From: Anthoceros angustus
Lineage: Eukaryota; Plantae; Anthocerotophyta
Length of the DNA stretch: 64,000 nt
Assembly: GCA_010909165.1 (NCBI GenBank)
Contig: MU008196.1
Span: forward strand, 372,001-436,000
Direction of reading: 5' to 3'
Shown: in pieces, positions 37,051-50,360 of the stretch
Position numbering within the stretch: position 1 is the first letter of the stretch
Layout: the number at the start of each line of letters is the position of its first letter
Program-made: the position numbers and the translations under genes
The notes under the pieces: model-generated
Seen by the model: only the letters and a program-made list of their open reading frames with translations
The model's database searches: none
Told to the model about the DNA's origin: nothing

Positions 37051-40000
37051 TTCTGACATCCAAGCATCTTGGGTAAAATTCTATTCTAGCAAACTTCACC
37101 TACGTGAGCCTTAATGGCTCCTGTCAACATTCCTATCTAGCTAGTCAACACACCCTACTGGGCTGACAAGCATTAATGCCTGTCCTCCTCTAAAGAAAAG
37201 TCTTCGCCCCAAGTGGCATCTTGCTAATTTAAGGGAGATTGGGATGATTCTCTCCCCCTGTGAAGCTTCTCCCGCTTCACTCGCTTCTCCGTGGTGCGAA
37301 GTTCCTTCACCCCTGTTGCTTGGGACACTTTCCAAGTCTAAGCCTTCCGGTTGGACTTGCATGAGGGCCTCCCTATCATCATCATGAGGTCCCAACATCC
37401 TCCTCTCAGCAAGTCGCAACAACTCGTTAGTTGCCTTGAGCACCTTGTTGTGAAGATGGGCTGCAAATCGTTGTTGTGCCATCTCCAATTCTTCGTAATC
37501 CTCAAGCCATACTCCATGCTCACACTTGCTTTTGTAAGCATCTCGCTCCAAGGTCAGCTCACCAGCCTTGACATGGAGAGCCACATTCTCCGTCCTTTCA
37601 TTCTGCAGTTGGCGGATCAATCTCTCTTGTAGGGCATAATCAGCCCGAAATCTCTGCTCCCTCACCGCCAACATATGCTGCACAACCGCCTCATGACGGC
37701 CTTTCTCCTTTGCCATTTCTTCCTCCAACTCCCCTATCCTCCTAGGGAGTTGTGCATTCTCCTGTTGCTGGACTTCTCGTTCCATTTCCAATCTATGGAC
37801 AAAATGTGTCCGTTCTTCCAGCTCTTCTTCCTTCAATTCCAGCCTCCGGCGGATTTCTCCCAGCTCCTTTTCCATGTCACTAATTTTCACAGCCTGTGTG
37901 GCTATGACCCGCTCATGTGCGCCTACTTGCCTTTGTGCTGCCCTCATTTGCTGCAGAGACTGCTCTCGTCTTGACCTCTCCTCCATTAGCAGCACTTGCT
38001 TGTCTTCTGCCTTCTTTTCCATGTGCGCACCATGTGAGCAAGTTGCTCCACCTTCTCCTCTCGAGCTGCCAATTGCTTGGTAAGAGCCTTGTTCTCCCGA
38101 ATATAATGGTTTGCCTCCTGCCTTGTCTCAAGACTCTTTCCAAGTGCTCCACTTGAGCTTCCATCCTCATAACATCCTCCCGCTGGGTTTCCGCCGCCAC
38201 CGCAATTTCCCTTGCTTGGTAGGTCCTTGTCTTTTCCGCCTCCGTCTTCAAGAATTCAACTCTCCTCTTGGCGGCTCCTATGTCTACCTTGCTGAACATC
38301 TCCCCTATGCGCAGCATCTCCTCCAACATGTCTAAGTCTCCTTTCTTACCTCCGGAGACTCAAGGCCTTTGCCTTGCTCATGGGATCTTACATCCCTTGC
38401 TTCCCTATGATGAGCTCCCCGCTCATCACTTGGTGGGGCAACTCCTCCCACCGTGACTCCATCCGCCGCCCACCTAACGGGGCCGGTTGCCTTCTTATCT
38501 CCCGCTTGGGAGCTTCCAAACCGTGACTTCCTTTCCCTCCTACCGTGGTAGGAGGTGCTCCTACCACCGTAGGACTACTTCCTACCGTGGTAGGACTAAT
38601 TCCTGCCACCGTAGGTCTTGTCATGAGAGGACGAAAGGGGTCCCAAACCACTGTGGGAACACCTCCCACCGTGGTAGGACTAATTCTGCCATGGTAGGAT
38701 CTATCCTACCTTCCATCTCCGCATCCTCCGCGTCCAAACTTCAAATCCCCTACAACTTCTCCTTGCAAGTCCTCCCGCACATCCTCCGCCTATCTTTGGA
38801 GGATTCCTTCCAAGAATAATGTCCTGTGGTGCTGCGGCACCTCCTTTAGCGCAAAGCACCAAGCACTCCTGTCCCTCTCCCTGTAAGTACACAATGTTAA
38901 AGGGATGCTTGGAATCATCCAACTCCTTACTTGTGAGTAGCCCTCTACTTCCCACAAATGCACTAGATAAGTGCTAAGATAGCATGGTTCTTCATCCGAC
39001 GTTGGGTTTCAAAGAACTTTCCTGGTAGGTGTATGCTTCATACATGATGAGCCCCAATCCGCTTCCTTGAGTGATCTTCCATAGAAAATGGAGGAAGGTA
39101 GTGCTGAAATATGACACCCTTGGATTGCTCACCAAGCCCAAAACAATTCTTGTGAACAATCTCCACTTGGGCTCCAAGATTTGGTCCCGCCAACCGCTCT
39201 TGGACTTAGCCTTCATGCCCCTTGCATAAGTGTAAGGGCTCCTTGGGAAGATCCGCCGTTGATGCACGCTTGCCTCCTGCCTTGTCTCAAGACTCTTTCC
39301 AAGTGCTCCACTTGAGCTTCCATCCTCATAACATCCTCCCGCTGGGTTTCCGCCGCCACCGCAATTTCCCTTGCTTGGTAGGTCCTTGTCTTCTCCGCCT
39401 CCGTCTTCAAGAATTCAACTCTCCTCTTGGCGGCTCCTATGTCTACCTTGCTGAACATCTCCCCTATGCGCAGCATCTCCTCCAACATGTCTAAGTCTCC
39501 TTTCTTACCTCCGGAGACTCAAGGCCTTTGCCTTGCTCATGGGATCTTACATCCCTTGCTTCCCTATGATGAGCTCCCGCTCATCACTTGGTGGGGCAAC
39601 CTCCCACCGTGACTCCATCCGCCGCCCACCTAACGGGCCGGTTGCCTTCTTATCTCCGCTTGGGAGCTTCCAAACCGTGACTTCCTTTTCCTCCTACCGT
39701 GGTAGGAGGTGCTCCTACCACCGTAGGACTACTTCCCACCGTGGTAGGACTAATTCTGTAGGCCTTGTCATGAGAGGACGAAAGGGGTCCCAAACCACCG
39801 TGGGAACACCTCCCACCGTGGTAGGAGGTGCTCCTACCATGGTAGGATCTATCCTACCTTCCATCTCCGCATCCTCCGCGTCCAAACTTCAAATCCCCTA
39901 CAACTTCTCCTTGCAAGTCCTCCCGCACATCCTCCGCCTATCTTTCTGAGGGATTCCTTCCAAGAATAATGTCCTGTGGTGCTGCGGCACCTCCTTTAGC

Positions 40001-42165
40001 GCAAAGCACCAAGCACTCCTGTCCCTCTCACGGGCACAATGTTAAAGGGATGCTTGGAATCATCCAACTCCTTACTTGTGAGTAGCCCTCTACTTCCCAC
40101 AAATGCACTAGATAAGTGCTAAGATAGCATGGTTCTTCATCCGACGTTGGGTTTCAAAGAACTTTCCTGGTAGGTGTATGCTTCATACATGATGAGCCCC
40201 AATCCGCTTCCTTGAGTGATCTTCCATAGAAAATGGAGGAAGGTAGTGCTGAAATATGACACCCTTGGATTGCTCACCAAGCCCAAAACAATTCTTGTGA
40301 ACAATCTCCACTTGGGCTCCAAGATTTGGTCCCCGCGTTCTTGGACTTAGCCTTCATGCCCCTTGCATAAGTGTAAGGGCTCCTTGGGAAGATCCGCCGT
40401 TGATGCACGCTTGCCTCCACTCGTTCCTTCCATCAACGTGATTCCGCTATCCTCGCTATCCGCCGCCATATACCGCGATGCTCCTTACCCAACACCGTGG
40501 ATCCGTCCGTGCATTCCTATCTGGTAAGGCAGCCAATTCCTCTTCCGTCTGTTGCAGATTAGCAAAACACTCCTCTATCAATTCAAGGTTGGTGTAAGAC
40601 CAATGTCGCCCATACACCCACTCTAGCTGAATATTCTCTTCTGCTGCCCAAGGTCGAAAGTCTGAAAGGTCTCTAGAGGATAGCTGGCCTGCATAGCATG
40701 TGAACTGCGGCATGTCAAATTTCCACCCTCCTACCATGGTAGGACATCCTCCGCCTTAGACCTCTTGCCTCCTCCGCCACCTCCTTGGTGGACGCTCCTT
40801 CCTTGGCTACTACCTCCTTGCCCTTGGTCATGGTAGGCTTGGTCATGGCCTCCTTGGTTAGTACTTGCACGAAATTGAAGAAAAGAGATGCCTCTCCTGC
40901 AATTCCTGCAGCCCTTACACCTTGGCGCCCCAACCTTCTTCTCCTTGCAAACGTTTCTCCTCCTCCTTTGCTCTTGCTCACAGCTCAAAGGTCCTTGTCT
41001 TCGCTCTCCTTCTGCAGCCCTTACACCTTGGCGTCCTCAAAACCCCAATTTCTCCTGCAAGAGAAAGCTCAACAAAATTCCCCACGGACTCTTACACCTT
41101 GCAGCAATTTAGGAGCCCTTCCTTCACGGTTTCCTAGCAATCTTGCCACGCTCCACCCTCCTAGGCACCCTCACGAGCTTGGCAAGTGTTGGGTTGCGCC
41201 CCAACCTTCTTCTCCTTCTCTTCTTCCTTTCCTCCTTCTCTTCTTCCTTTCCTCCTTCCTCTCTTGGGCGCCTGGCGGATTTCCGCCTCCTTGTTGAGCT
41301 TGCGCCCTTCTTCTCCTCCTCAGCACGGGCGCGTTGCTGTATGGGGGCCTTGGGAAGCTTGAGATGTGGCGGCGCCTTCCTCTTCTCCTTGCAAACGTTT
41401 CTCCTCAAGTTTCGAGTTGTGGCCTCCTGCAGCACTGCACCACTTTTATAAGTCACCCAAGGGTTAGAAAAGTAACTACCATTCTATCCTGCCCTTGGAT
41501 GTGTGCCACGTGGCCCTCTCCCACCATTGATGTTAGTTTCCTAATTCCTTATACTAAAATACTATTTCCCCTATTTTTCTAATTTCTAATTACTGAAAAT
41601 TAGCCTCTAATTTCTTAATTACCTATTTTGGCCTATTTATCTAGTCCACTAAAAGACCCTATATATAGCAAGCCTATCCTGCCTAAAACATAAGCTACTT
41701 TCCTTAGCAACCTATCTCCTACCGTGGTAGGACACCCTCCTACCATGGTAGGCGTTTTCCCTCTTCTCCTACCACGGTAGGAGTTACTCCTATGGCGGTA
41801 GGATACCTTCCTACCCTCTCCTACCATGGTAGGAGCTATTCCTACACTGGTAGGTGATCAAAACACTAGCAGGGTCATTCTCCTACGGTGGTAGGATCTC
41901 TCCTACCCTCGTCTACCATGGTAGGAGTTTCTCCTACGGTGGTAGGACACCTCCTACCACTCATGTAGGTTACCTTTCTCCTCACCAAGGTCGTTTTGAC
42001 CCGTTTCTTTTCCCTGCATATCCTCTCTTCAGACACGGTCCTACAACTCCCGCTCAAAAGGAGCAAAAATTTCCTTGCATGTCTTCACCAAACCATTTCT
42101 AGCAAAAGAGTGTGGGCTGTTTCAAAACGAACTCATTTAAGCTAGTTGCCCAAACTTTATGCTCC
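37051..42165 (-). mobile_element. Inverted copy of 3' region + extra ORF of the same family
   Basis: Reverse complement of 14074-21975-type sequence, including the G-box/TATA and palindrome array. Confidence 0.85.
37141..38022 (-). CDS. Longest open piece (293 aa) of the retroelement coiled-coil ORF
   Basis: E/K/R/Q/L-rich heptad-like sequence followed by YKSKCEHGVWLEDYEEL and RLAERRMLGP. Confidence 0.6.
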   Translation of the reverse strand: MEKKAEDKQVLLMEERSRREQSLQQMRAAQRQVGAHERVIATQAVKISDMEKELGEIRRRLELKEEELEERTHFVHRLEMEREVQQQENAQLPRRIGELEEEMAKEKGRHEAVVQHMLAVREQRFRADYALQERLIRQLQNERTENVALHVKAGELTLERDAYKSKCEHGVWLEDYEELEMAQQRFAAHLHNKVLKATNELLRLAERRMLGPHDDDREALMQVQPEGLDLESVPSNRGEGTSHHGEASEAGEASQGERIIPISLKLARCHLGRRLFFRGGQALMLVSPVGCVD

Positions 42166-42179
42166 ATGTGTCTCCGTCG

Positions 42180-45100
42180 ATTCTACCTATTTTGTAGTTT
42201 CCTGCTAGAAAGATTGTAGAACTGGAAGAACGGCCACATTTGATCCGTGGATTGGAAATGGAGCGAGAAGTCTACCAACAGAAAAATGAATGACTCCCTA
42301 GGCGGATAGCGGAGTTGGAGAAGGAGATAGCAAAGGAGAAAGACCGTCATGAGGCGGTTGTGCAGCATATGTTGGTGGTGATGGAGCAGAGATTTCGGGC
42401 TGAGTATGCCCTACACGAGAAGTTAATCCACCAACTGCAGACGGACAGAGTGGAGAATGTGGCTCTTCACGCCAGGATGGGCGAGTTGACCATGGAGCAG
42501 GATGCTTACAAAAGTAAGTGTGAGCATGGAGTTTGGCTTGAGGATTATGAAGAATTGGAGCTGGCCCAACAACGATTCGCAGCTCATCTTCACAGCACGG
42601 TACTCAAGAAAACTAACAAATTGTTGCGACTTGGTGAAAGAAGGATGCTGGGACCTCAAGGCCCTTATCAAGTCCAAACAAGAGTCTTAGACTTGGAAAA
42701 TGCCCCAAGCAACATGGGTGAAGGAACTTCGCAACAGGGAGGAGCGAGTGGAGCTGGACAGGATTCACCGGAGGAAGGAACCATCTTAGGGAGGGGTGGA
42801 GAAGAAGAAACAGCCCAGAGGGAGCCCTCCTACCATGGTAGGAGCTATTCCTACACCGGTAGGTGATCAAAACACTAGCGAGGTCATTCTCCCACTGGTA
42901 GGATCTCTCCTACCCTCGCTCACCATGGTAGGAGTTTCTCCTACGGTGGTAGGACACCTCCTACCACTCATGTAGGTTACCTTTCTCCTCACCAAGGTCG
43001 TTTTGACCCGCTTTTTCCCCGCATATCTCCTGGCTCGACACGGTCCTACAACTCTCGCTCAAAAAGGAGCAAAAAATTTCCTTGCATGTCTTCACCAAAC
43101 CATTCCTAGCAAAAGAGTGTGGGCCTGTTTCAAAACGAACTCATTTAAGCTAGTTGCCCAAACTTTTGCGTTCCACAGGTCTCCGTCGGGGATTCTACCT
43201 ATTTTGTAGTTTCCTGCTAGAAAGATTGTAGAACTGGAAGAACGGCCACATTTGATCCGTGGATTGGAAATGGAGCGAGAAGTCTACCAACAGAAAAATG
43301 AATGACTCCCTAGGCGGATAGCGGAGTTGGAGAAGGAGATAGCAAAGGAGAAAGACCGTCATGAGGCGGTTGTGCAGCATATGTTGGTGGTGATGGAGGA
43401 GATTTCGGGCCGAGTATGCCCTACACGAAGTTAATCCACCAACCGCAGACGTAGTGGAGAATGTGGCTCTTCACGCCAGGATGGGCGAGTTGACCATGGA
43501 GCAGGATGCTTACAAAAGTAAGTGTGAGCATGGAGTTTGGCTTGAGGATTATGAAGAATTGAGCTGGCCCAACAACGATTCGCAGCTCATCTTCACAAAG
43601 ACGCAGATTTCAAGAAAACTAACAAATTGTTGCGACTTGGTGAAAGAAGGATGCTGGGACCTCAAGGCCCTTATCAAGTCCAAACAAGAGTCTTAGACTT
43701 GGAAAATGCCCCAAGCAACATGGGTGAAGGAACTTCGCAACAGGGAGGAGCGAGTGGAGCTGGACAGGATTCACCGGAGGAAGGAACCATCTTAGGGAGG
43801 GGTGGAGAAGAAGAAACAGCCCCGGTAGGAGGAGCTCCTCCTACCACCGTGGTAGGAGGACCAGAGGACGCAGCAAATTCAGGGGCTGCTAGCGTGGACA
43901 TGACAGCAGGGGAGGCGAGTACCTCGGCCCTTGCAGGAAAGGAGAAGGGGGTGGTTGATCTTGCAGGAGTGGAGCAAAAATCACAAGGAGAGGATCAACC
44001 CGCCATCATGGATGTGGAAGCAAGGAGCTCACTTGCTCCATAAGTGAGAGGAAGGGGAGCAACTGAGGGTGAGCCAGCGGCTAAGAGAGCCAGTGCTATT
44101 TTATTGGAGGAGCAAGCTCCAGGTAGGCAGCAAGATAAGAAGGGGGATTCATGAAGGGTCCCTAGATTTAGCTTGAAGACATGGGACAAGATGCCACTTG
44201 GAGGAGACTTTCCTCAGAGGGAAACAAACATAAATGCTTGTCAACCAAGTAGTGTTGTGTTGACTAGCTAGATAGGAACTTTGACAAGAGCCATTAAGGC
44301 TCACGTAGGTGAAGTTTACTAGAATAGAATTTTACCAAAGATGCTTCAATGTCAGAACTTAAAGTCTGACAGTAGGATACATTAAAATAAGGTGTGAGGC
44401 AGCGTAAGGAAGGCGCGCTAGGGGGAGTTCATATGTGAGGTCCTCCCTATAAAAGGAGGGAGCTTGTGAAGTAAAATTATCGTGTCTTGCGCTCCCATCC
44501 TCCCAAGTCCTTCGCTTTGTGTGCAGGAATTTCGTGCCGGCTGCAATCCAACGCAGTGTCTGGTAGAGAGGGAGAATGCGACGGTCGAAGTATTGGGCGA
44601 AGGGCAGGCGCCCCTGCAGCTACTCCCCTTGTGAATGGTTGCTGTATGAATTGTTTTGCTTTGAGTGTGTGGCAATGCTCAAGGAACTCTCGGCTTGAGG
44701 GTAGACTGCAGGGAAAGACTCACCGGAGGTTCTCGCTGTCTAGTACAAACCACATAGCAACTGGCCCAAGGAAGAACTCGTTAATTTCCGAACGGACCTT
44801 AGGCAGTTGTGCCATAAGGGCGAGTTGGAATTAATGAGCCAGCAAACGGTGTTAGAGTAGGAGATTGTGGAAGGAGAAAGGTTAGATGAGTAGAGAAGAG
44901 GAGAGCGTTGTTGAGAGGTTGTGAAGAAGATTAGAGTGTAGGAAAAGTGGAAGGCCAAAGGCAGAACCTACAGGACGAATCCCAAATCTGTAGTAAGAGG
45001 GCGCTCCCTGTGTGAAGAAGTTGGTCTTAGGAGGAGGGATAAAATCACGGTGTGGGTCAGGGGGTCCCTGGGCCCCGTGGTAGACTCCTTGCTGCTAAGG

Positions 45101-45373
45101 CATGACCTGCAATTATGTTGTGTTGTTGTAGGTCGAGAATTGGTGAATTTTCGGAGCAGTGCAGGTGGTGCAGCTGCTGTAAAGGGGAGATTAGTGGGCG
45201 CCTTGCTTGTTGAGGAGGCTTAGGTAGTATGTAGATGTAGGCGATAAGTGATCTCCCAAGATTCGACCGTTCACCTAAGTCTCATGGGACGAAACCCAAT
45301 GTACGAAACGACAGTGGGATAAGTGTGGCCACTAGAGGGTGAATCTCAGAAGCCCCGGAATTTGCCTCCCACA
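42180..45373 (+). mobile_element. Diverged subfamily of the same element: coiled-coil ORF C-terminal fragments (two copies) and 3' LTR 44350-45373
   Basis: ORFs 42315 (183 aa) and 43627 align to the main ORF with many substitutions. The LTR runs TGTCAGAACTTAAAG...CCTCCCACA and abuts RT sequence with no PBS. Confidence 0.8.
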
Positions 45374-46160
45374 GTAGAGAAAGAGGAGTTCCGTAGGGTA
45401 CATAGAGAATATGTCGATGTGTTTGCCTTCAAGATTACTGTCATGACAGGAATTCCGGAAGAGCTGGGGATACATCGAATCGATTTGAAGGAGGGCAGCA
45501 CTCCTGTGAGGATCAAGCAATATAGGCTGAATCCCAAGTATTCTCTAGTTGTCAAGGATCAGCTGGACCAATACTTGGAGGCCGGGGTGATTTATTCGGT
45601 GCTTACCAATGAGTGGGTAGCTCCCTTCATGATCGTACCTAAGAAGCAACAACGGAAGGTACGGGTGTGTCAAGATTTCAGAAAGCTCAATGAAGCAACG
45701 AAGAAGGACCACCACCCTTTGCCTTTCATGCACAGTGTGTTGGACACGGTAGCGGTACAATCAGATTTCGTTGAGAAAGGAGGATCAGGACAAGACCACG
45801 TTCACAACAGATTGGGGCACTTATGCTTATTCAAAAATGCCTTTCGAATTGTGCAACGCTCCTGCTACTTTTCAGCATGTAGTGAACGCTATATTCCAAG
45901 ACTTCTTGCGGAAATTCATGGAGGTATTCCTTGATGATTTTTGCGCGTTTTGGAGGAGAAAGTTGCATCTAGAGCACCTGAGGGAGTGTTTCTAGAAGTG
46001 CAGGGAATCCGACATGAAACTCCATCCAGGGAAGTGTTATTTCGGTATGACGGAAGGGATCTTGTTAGCCCATCGAGTCTCAGTACGGGGTTTGCAGGTA
46101 GACAAAGAGAAGGTGTCAGTTATAGCTGAAATGGATGCACCACAGATGGTGAAACAGGTG
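45374..46160 (+). pseudogene. Ty3/gypsy reverse transcriptase fragment
   Basis: HRIDLKEGSTPVRIKQYRLNP, WVAPFMIVPKK, VCQDFRKLNEATKKDHHPLP, KTTFTTDWGTY, MPFELCNAPATFQ, EVFLDD (45927-45938). A short deletion after LDTVA removes the first catalytic Asp motif. Confidence 0.9.
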
Positions 46161-46161
46161 C

Positions 46162-47340
46162 GTGCTTTTGTTCCAGCGTCTGTCTTATCTTGTTATTAAC
46201 ACTGTTTCCTGTTATCCTCTCTCTTTTACTTTTGATGCTCAAGCCTTCTGTGATGCCTCTCAGACTAGTAAGGCTATTTCTCAGCCATACAAGGACAAGA
46301 ACTTGTCCAGAGCCACCAATCTGCTTCACACCATACATAGTGATATTTGTGGTCCTATGTCAACTATGTCTTTTGATAGAGCATATTATTTCATCACTTT
46401 CATGGATGAATGGAGCCAATATTGCACTATATATGTTCTTCAGCACAAAAGTGAGTCTTTGTCATAGATGAATGGAGCCGATATTGCACTATGTATGTTC
46501 TTTAGCACAAAAGTGAGGCTTTATCTACTTTTCAACATTTTCTTACTATGGCTCAGCAACAAACTGAAGGCCAGCTCAAGATACTTTGTATTGACAATGG
46601 TAGTGAATACAATAGCCATGCATTTTCTAAATGTTATGCCTCAGATAGAGTTGTTCATCAATTCACAATTCCTTATACTCCATGGAGCTCAGAATGCTTT
46701 TGCAGAGCGTAACAATAGGACTCTCTAGGAGGCTATGCTATCCAGCCTTTCTTTTGCTAGTCTAACTCGGGGATATTGGGTTGAGGCCCTTATGGCTGCC
46801 AACTATGTTCAGAACAGGTTGCCTCTAAAGGAGTTGGGGCTTATTACCCCTTATGTACAGTGGACAAGCAAGAAACCTTGTATTTCACACCTTCACATAT
46901 TTGGAGCTCCAGCTTATGCTCGTGTTCCTTCTTCACTTGATGGTCGGATCCCAAGGTTAGTCGCCAGGTCTTCATCGGCTATTCTGACGAAGTGAAGGCC
47001 TACAAACTTTTTTGACCCAGAAACACGTCAAGTTTCATTCTCTCGTAGTGTGGTTTTTCATCAGAATGCACTTCTTCGTCGGCATTTTTCAGCTTTGTCT
47101 CTCGGTTTTGTCCCTCTTACCACTTCAGTTCAGGATGTGGTTGACTTGGAGGACTTTTCTATTGACACTCCTCCGGATGTTACTATTTTTTATTTCGATG
47201 ATTCGTCAGGCCCTTTTGGCGTCTCTCCGGAGGTCTTCGGCTTTCGGGGGGATCCTTCCTCTTCTTCTACTGATCCAGATGAGTCTTTTGTTTTTGAACA
47301 CTTTGAAGTTGAGGCCCTTATGGCTGCCAACTATGTTCGA
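46162..47340 (+). pseudogene. Ty1/copia pre-integrase + integrase fragment (copy 1)
   Basis: LLHTIHSDICGP, YFITFMDEWS, LCIDNGSEY, QNAFAERNNRTL, YWVEALMAANYVQNR, HLHIFGAPAY. Confidence 0.9.
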
Positions 47341-47556
47341 CATGTCTATTGTTCCCGCTTCTATCGACCTTCTCTCTAATTCAGTCCCGCTATTGTATCT
47401 CGCACCCGATCCCGATGTCCCTACTTTTCCTGTTCTTCAGAGGGTCTTCTCGTCCCCATAAACCTGTGTCCGAATGGCTAGAACCTCCTTTGTTGCCAGC
47501 TTGGAGTCACGTGATACTTCTTCTCATCCTATTACTTTTGACATCTCTGAACCTGT

Positions 47557-48295
47557 TGTGCAGCAAATCCATCCAAGGTTGCAGTTGGTGTTTGTTTCAA
47601 CTCTTACGCATCAACAACGCATCCAACAAGTTTCCTATTACTCCTCAATCGTGTCTTCCATGGAAGGACATGAATGCGCCAGATTTTACATGTGCGAATA
47701 GGTGGTGACACAACATCCCCAAGCCATACCGCAGATTCGCCCGCACGACCTTGTTCATCCGTATCTTCGACACAGACATGTCTCATCCGCCAGACCATGC
47801 AACTGTATCCTTCCGCTTCTTACCCTGCAATCAACCAATTTGCATTTGACACAAACCTGTCTCTTAGCTGCCAGGGGTAATTGAGCTTCCCTTCGTTCTT
47901 TTCTTGCATGCATAAGCCTTCTTCCTCACAGTATGTACCTTGATCAGAACAGTATCGCCTCAGAAAAGCTACAACTTCTCCATCGTCTACATGCTCACGG
48001 CTACCACATAATTGTCATCGTTTGTTGCCTCGTCCACGACGAGTCTGTTGGGAGACTTCCTATGCTCCAGAATGGCAGTCAAAAAATCTTTCTTCATACT
48101 GTTCCTGGGAAAAAAATTTGAACTGTTAAGTAATATTGAGTACCACATAGCTTATGCTCTTCTCCAGAAATGTCATGCCACACATCGATCTACATCGTGA
48201 TGCAAGCCTTGGCCAAGTAAAGCAACTATCTCCTTGGTCAAATTTTGTGGCAACGCACGACTGACCCTTCCGAGGATTCGCCGCCACTTGCCATG
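47557..48295 (-). pseudogene. CDC48: CDC48 5' fragment (exons 1-3), copy 1
   Basis: [43 protein letters not shown]. Exon 2 has three in-frame stops, and homology ends in intron 3 at the Copia junction. Confidence 0.85.
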
Positions 48296-48393
48296 GTCAT
48301 TGAGTTGGTGATATCGCTCCCATCATGTACGCAACACCTGGCCTAGCAACCTTATCTCCAATTAGTGGCAGGCTGCAACAAGTAGACCACCCA

Positions 48394-49400
48394 ATTCTGC
48401 TTCACACCATACATAGTGATATTTGTGGTCCTATGTCAACTATGTCTTTTGATAGAGCATATTATTTCATCACTTTCATGGATGAATGGAGCCGATATTG
48501 CACTATGTATGTTCTTTAGCACAAAAGTGAGTCTTTTGTCATAGATGAATGGAGCCAATATTGCACTATGTATGTTCTTCAGCACAAAAGTGAGGCTTTA
48601 TCTACTTTTCAACATTTTCTTACTATGGCTCAGCAACAAACTCAAGGCCAGCTCAAGATACTTTGTATTGACAATGGTAGTGAATACAATAGCCATGCAT
48701 TTTCTAAATGTTATGCCTCAGATAGAGTTGTTCATCAATTCACAATTCCTTATACTCCATGGAGCTCAGAATGCTTTTGCAGAGCGTAACAATAGGACTC
48801 TCTAGGAGGCTATGCTATCCAGCCTTTCTTTTGCTAGTCTAACTCGGGGATATTGGGTTGAGGCCCTTATGGCTGCCAACTATGTTCAGAACAGGTTGCC
48901 TCTAAAGGAGTTGGGGCTTATTACCCCTTATGTACAGTGGACAAGCAAGAAACCTTGTATTTCACACCTTCACATATTTGGAGCTCCAGCTTATGCTCGT
49001 GTTCCTTCTTCACTTCGCAGTAAGCTGGATCCCAAGGTTAGTCGCCAGGTCTTCATCGGCTATTCTGACGAAGTGAAGGCCTACAAACTTTTTTGACCCA
49101 GAAACACGTCAAGTTTCATTCTCTCGTAGTGTGGTTTTTCATCGTAATGCACTTCGTCGGCATTTTCAGCTTTGTCTCTGGTTTTGTCCCTCTTACCACT
49201 TCAGATGTGGTTGACTTGGAGGACTTTTCTATTGACACTCCTGGATGTTACTATTTTTATTTCGATGATTTCGAGCCCTTTTGGCGTCTCTCCGGAGGTC
49301 TTCGGCTTTCGGGGGGATCCTTCCTCTTCTTCTACTGATCCAGATGAGTCTTTTGTTTTTGAACACTTTGAAGTTGAGACTGCCCTGTCGTCGTTCCTGA
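48394..49400 (+). pseudogene. Ty1/copia integrase fragment (copy 2)
   Basis: Near-identical to 46316-47340 and includes KLDPKVSRQVFIGYSDEVKAYKLF. Confidence 0.9.
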
Positions 49401-49616
49401 CATGTCTATTGTTCCTGCTTCTATCGACCTTCTCTCTAATTCAGGTCCTGCTATTGTATCTGCACCCGATCCTGATGTCCCTACTTTTCCTGTTCTTCGT
49501 AGGTCTTCTCGTCCCCATAAACCCAGGTCTGAATGGCTAGAACCTCCTTTTGTTGCCAGCTTGGAGTCACGTGATACTTCTTCTCATCCTATTACTTTTG
49601 ACATCTCTGAACCTGT

Positions 49617-50360
49617 TGTGCAGCAAATCCATCCAAGGTTGCAGTTGGTGTTTGTTTCAACTCTTACGCATCAACAACGCATCCAACAAGTTTCCTATTA
49701 CTCCCTCAATCGTGTCTTCCATGGGAAGGACATGAATGCGCTCAGCGTACTTTACATGTGCGAATAGGTGGTGACACAACATCCCCAAGCCATACCCAGA
49801 TTCGCCCGCACGACCTTGTTCATCCGTATCTTCGACACAGACATGTCTCGTCCGCCAGACCATGCAAATCGTATCCTTCCGCTTCTTACCGCAATCAACC
49901 AATTTGCATTTGACACAAACCCGTCTCTTAGCTGCCAGGTAATTGAGCTTCCTTCGCTCTTTTCTTGCATGCATAAGCCTTCTTCCTCACAGTATGTACC
50001 TTGATCAGAACAGTATCGCCTCAGAAAAGCTACAACTTCTCCATCGTCTACATGCTCACGGCTACCACATAATTGTCATCGTTTGTTGCCTCGTCCACGA
50101 CGAGTCTGTTGGGAGACTTCCTATGCTCCGTAATGGCGCCAAAAATCTTTCTTCATACTGTTCCTGGGAAAAAAATTTGAACTGTTAAGTAATATTGAGT
50201 ACCACATAGCTTATGCTCTTCTCCAGAAATGTCATGCCACACATCGATCTACATCGTGATGCAAGCCTTGGCCAAGTAAAGCAACTATCTCCTTGGTCAA
50301 ATTTTGTGGCAACGCACGACTGACCCTTCTGAGGATTCGCCGTCGCCACTTGCCATGGTC
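49617..50360 (-). pseudogene. CDC48: CDC48 5' fragment (exons 1-3, MASGDGESSEG...), copy 2
   Basis: Same stops as copy 1. Upstream sequence to ~50880 is homologous to 59500-59790 upstream of the full gene. Confidence 0.85.
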
